NCBI RefSeq assembly: GCF_001194135.2
Contig: NC_068988.1
Location: 46,086,463-46,141,493, forward strand
Source: Octopus bimaculoides
Lineage: Eukaryota
Direction: 5' to 3'
DNA length: 55,031 nt
The notes beneath the pieces were generated by a model, which had not been told where the DNA came from, did no database searches, and saw only the letters and a program-made list of their open reading frames with translations. Every line of letters begins with the position of its first letter. Position 1 is the stretch's first letter. Position numbers and translations under genes: made by a program. Of the stretch, positions 51,291-55,031 are shown one piece after another.

Positions 51291-52664
51291 CTAAAGAAAC
51301 AGCTCATTCAAGCAGTGCTGCTTGTTTATAGTTTCCCACTTAACTATAAATCCAAGATGTTTGATATCAGAAAGACTGGGAGATTATTACTTTGCTTGGA
51401 AACAGATGATATTTGGTTTAAAGAAAAGCATCTAGGCACAGAAAGTATCGTTGCATCATAGTCATGTCCAATCCAAGCAAGCATGGAAAAGTAGGTATTT
51501 AAAATGGGGATGGTGAATATGATGGTATGTTTATAATTACCTACCTACCTACCTACTTATGTATGTATGTATGTATGTATGTATGTATGTATGTATGTAT
51601 CTATCTATCTATCTATCTATCTATCTAAAGGTCTACAAACAAACACTTTCCTCTCTGGTCAGTCCCTCGTCAACTTTTTCAAGTACCACTTGAAAAAGAG
51701 GATGAGGATAGAGAGGAAAGTGTTGTCGAATGAAAGTTTCAATAAAAAATGGGTAAATGTGGCAAGAATGGTAAGAATGAAAGACGACACCATTTTAAGC
51801 ATAGACTTGTAACAAAAAGAGACAAAAAGAGAGAAGGTACTTACTTTCATGTACTTTTTTTTTAAAAAAGCCTGAGGNNNNNNNNNNNNNNNNNNNNNNN
51901 NNNNNNNNNNNNNNNNNNNNNNNNNNNNNNNNNNNNNNNNNNNNNNNNNNNNNNNNNNNNNNNNNNNNNNNNNNNNNNNNNNNNNNNNNNNNNNNNNNNN
52001 NNNNNNNNNNNNNNNNNNNNNNNNNNNNNNNNNNNNNNNNNNNNNNNNNNNNNNNNNNNNNNNNNNNNNNNNNNNNNNNNNNNNNNNNNNNNNNNNNNNN
52101 NNNNNNNNNNNNNNNNNNNNNNNNNNNNNNNNNNNNNNNNNNNNNNNNNNNNNNNNNNNNNNNNNNNNNNNNNNNNNNNNNNNNNNNNNNNNNNNNNNNN
52201 NNNNNNNNNNNNNNNNNNNNNNNNNNNNNNNNNNNNNNNNNNNNNNNNNNNNNNNNNNNNNNNNNNNNNNNNNNNNNNNNNNNNNNNNNNNNNNNNNNNN
52301 NNNNNNNNNNNNNNNNNNNNNNNNNNNNNNNNNNNNNNNNNNNNNNNNNNNNNNNNNNNNNNNNNNNNNNNNNNNNNNNNNNNNNNNNNNNNNNNNNNNN
52401 NNNNNNNNNNNNNNNNNNNNNNNNNNNNNNNNNNNNNNNNNNNNNNNNNNNNNNNNNNNNNNNNNNNNNNNNNNNNNNNNNNNNNNNNNNNNNNNNNNNN
52501 NNNNNNNNNNNNNNNNNNNNNNNNNNNNNNNNNNNNNNNNNNNNNNNNNNNNNNNNNNNNNNNNNNNNNNNNNNNNNNNNNNNNNNNNNNNNNNNNNNNN
52601 NNNNNNNNNNNNNNNNNNNNNNNNNNNNNNNNNNNNNNNNNNNNNNNNNNNNNNNNNNNNNNNN

Positions 52665-52712
<48 letters not shown>

Positions 52713-52739
52713 GAGAGAAAGAGTATCTCTTTATAGATG

Positions 52740-53390
52740 AAGATCAGTTGCAATAAGAGGAGTTGAATCTTATAAGAATGGAAAAACAGACAACAACAAA
52801 AAGGTTGTATCCTATAACGAAACTCTTTAAAGAACATGCAAATGCCACTGCAATGCTGTAATCATTGCCTCAGTGGGGTCAGTTAGGTATGTCATCAAGT
52901 ATATACTGAAAGGAAATAACCAAGCTGCTGTTCAAATAAGCAAAGATAACGAAATTAGTCAATATCTAATGGCTAGGTATATTGGGCCATCCAAAGCAGT
53001 CGCATCCATTTTAGGATTTTCAATTCCTGAAAGAGCATCTGCAATAATGAGACTGCAAGTTCGCCTACCATATGATCAAAGAATAATGCTCAGAAATTAT
53101 GATGACATATAGGGCTATCAATGAACGACGTATGAGAACAATAATGACAGAATACTTTCCATTGTGCATCAATGATGACTTTGCAAAAGTATAACTTTAT
53201 GCTGAAGTACCCATGTATTTCACTTGGAACAGTAGTGACAAAAAATGGCAAAGAAAACATGTGGAAAAAAAAAAGTCAAAGGCCATTTGAACGTTTTCAA
53301 AGAAGAAACACTTGGTCGTGTCTATGTTGTCATACCAAAGGCAGGAGAACTGTATTAGTTAAGGATTTTATTGCACAAAGTTCAAAATAG
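52740..53390 (+). mobile_element. Helitron Rep-helicase fragment (degenerate)
   Basis: VRYVIKYILKG..NEISQYLMARYIGPSKA..ILGF..RLQVRLP and LYAEVPMYFTW..LGRVYVVIPKAGELY*LRILLHKV match the conserved Helitron region downstream of the Rep motifs; stops present. Confidence 0.85.
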
Positions 53391-54396
53391 TATTTTTTCT
53401 TTCCTTGCTGCACTTTGACATTTTCAACTTGGATTGGTTGTGACCCAACTGGTCATGGTGGGTGCATCTAGTATATATATATATATATATATATATATTG
53501 ATAGATATATGTATATATTGATAGATAGATATAGATATATATATTATTCTTAAAGAACAATGCTTTTGACAATGACTTTATAGTTTTGGCCTGCTAAGCC
53601 TTCATGCACAATACACATTGTACAGAGTACACTATATNNNNNNNNNNNNNNNNNNNNNNNNNNNNNNNNNNNNNNNNNNNNNNNNNNNNNNNNNNNNNNN
53701 NNNNNNNNNNNNNNNNNNNNNNNNNNNNNNNNNNNNNNNNNNNNNNNNNNNNNNNNNNNNNNNNNNNNNNNNNNNNNNNNNNNNNNNNNNNNNNNNNNNN
53801 NNNNNNNNNNNNNNNNNNNNNNNNNNNNNNNNNNNNNNNNNNNNNNNNTATATATATATATATGCTATCCTGGGAGCAAAGTGTCTTCTGTTTCAGAATC
53901 ACTGCTCTAGTTAATAATTAATTCTAACTTAAAAAAGGCTACATATATATGTGAGATAAACTGTTGGTGAAAGCAATATCAGCATATAACATTTATTTTG
54001 TTGGATCTTGGTAGAATTTGAACTTTAAATGCAGAAGGGTGCTACCAAATTTTGTTCAGCTGTTTTCAATTCACTGCTGGATATGTATCAGTAGTTTGTT
54101 GATCATTTATCTAAGTTGGTAGCTGGCTCAAATCCCCAAGATGGTTAACTGTAAGTTGAATGTGGCCCTTCTTGCACTTGAGTAATTAACACTGACCATT
54201 ACTACTTCATTTAGAATTTGAAACAAATGCAGCATATCATCTAATCTGACTCTCTCACAACTGTACTTGTCCTCCAGCCTAAACTTGTACTTTGTTTATA
54301 GACTCCAGAAAGACCAAACAACTTGGCAAAAGTTGAGTTCAGAATACAGATAACTGGTTCAAATATCATTTGTCAACGTCTCTGATGGTCTATCAC

Positions 54397-54465
54397 CTGT
54401 ACAAAAATACAACAAGGAAATTTTGTTCAATGTCAACCAATCTTGCCATCCACCAGCCCTTTATT
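54397..54465 (-). CDS. Possible upstream exon (69 nt, phase 2-2): IKGWWMARLVDIEQNFLVVFLY
   Basis: Acceptor gttatttttag, donor gtgata; single open frame. It does not join the 51290 exon in phase, so an intervening exon (possibly in an N-gap) is required. Confidence 0.35.
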
Positions 54466-54749
54466 CTAAAAATAACATTCATTAGGCAGCCCTATATTCA
54501 TAATAAACTATGCATTGTTGTTCATGCACAAACACATCCGTCTATATCTAATAGTGGATTTCTTAAGTAAGTAATGATTTCTGTGTCATGTTAGGCAAAA
54601 CAAAATGACAATGATGTATCTGCTTGTTATATGTTTGAATCATTTTACAGCTATATATATATAATATATCTAAGTATGTATGTATGTGTGTATGTATGTA
54701 TGTATATATGTATGTGTGTATGTATGTGTCTGTCTCTCTGTCTGCCTGC

Positions 54750-54817
<68 letters not shown>

Positions 54818-55031
54818 ATATATATATAATATACAAGAATAAGGGCAGGGAATCGTCAATTAATAATAGAATTAATAATTAACAATTTTGCCAAGTAGTT
54901 CAGTATGAAAAAACCTTTATCGGTAAAACCATTTATCATCATAAATATACAGGGATTAGCATTGAGTTGCTTCTCCAACATACTGAAAATTTAGAAATAG
55001 CAGTCAAAGAACTACTGATTCTAAACTACAA

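Overview
AT-rich, gap-ridden eukaryotic scaffold dominated by microsatellites and interspersed repeats. The repeat families point to an octopus (coleoid cephalopod) genome; this is an inference, not a database match. Almost all listed six-frame ORFs are artefacts of N-gaps or microsatellites. Supported content: (i) at least five phase-compatible minus-strand exons of an unidentified protein-coding gene (34.7-51.3 kb) that the ORF track misses; (ii) three tRNA-derived SINE families, many RTE-like LINE 3' ends, three R4/Dong-like (RLE) LINE fragments around (TAA)n runs, a Helitron Rep fragment, a Penelope-like GIY-YIG fragment and MITEs; (iii) a ~1.66-kb ORF1-only (HAL1-like) retroelement with a 6-bp target-site duplication, inserted in a SINE head and sharing its 3' tail (25/30 nt) with that SINE family; (iv) a Penelope-like element whose 3' repeat carries a tRNA-like Pol III module and a hammerhead remnant; (v) a minimal hammerhead ribozyme fold, a ~430-bp palindrome and an inverted duplication with ~400-530-bp arms. 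No CRISPR array, rRNA or convincing functional tRNA gene was found. All alignments were done by eye, so repeat boundaries are approximate.
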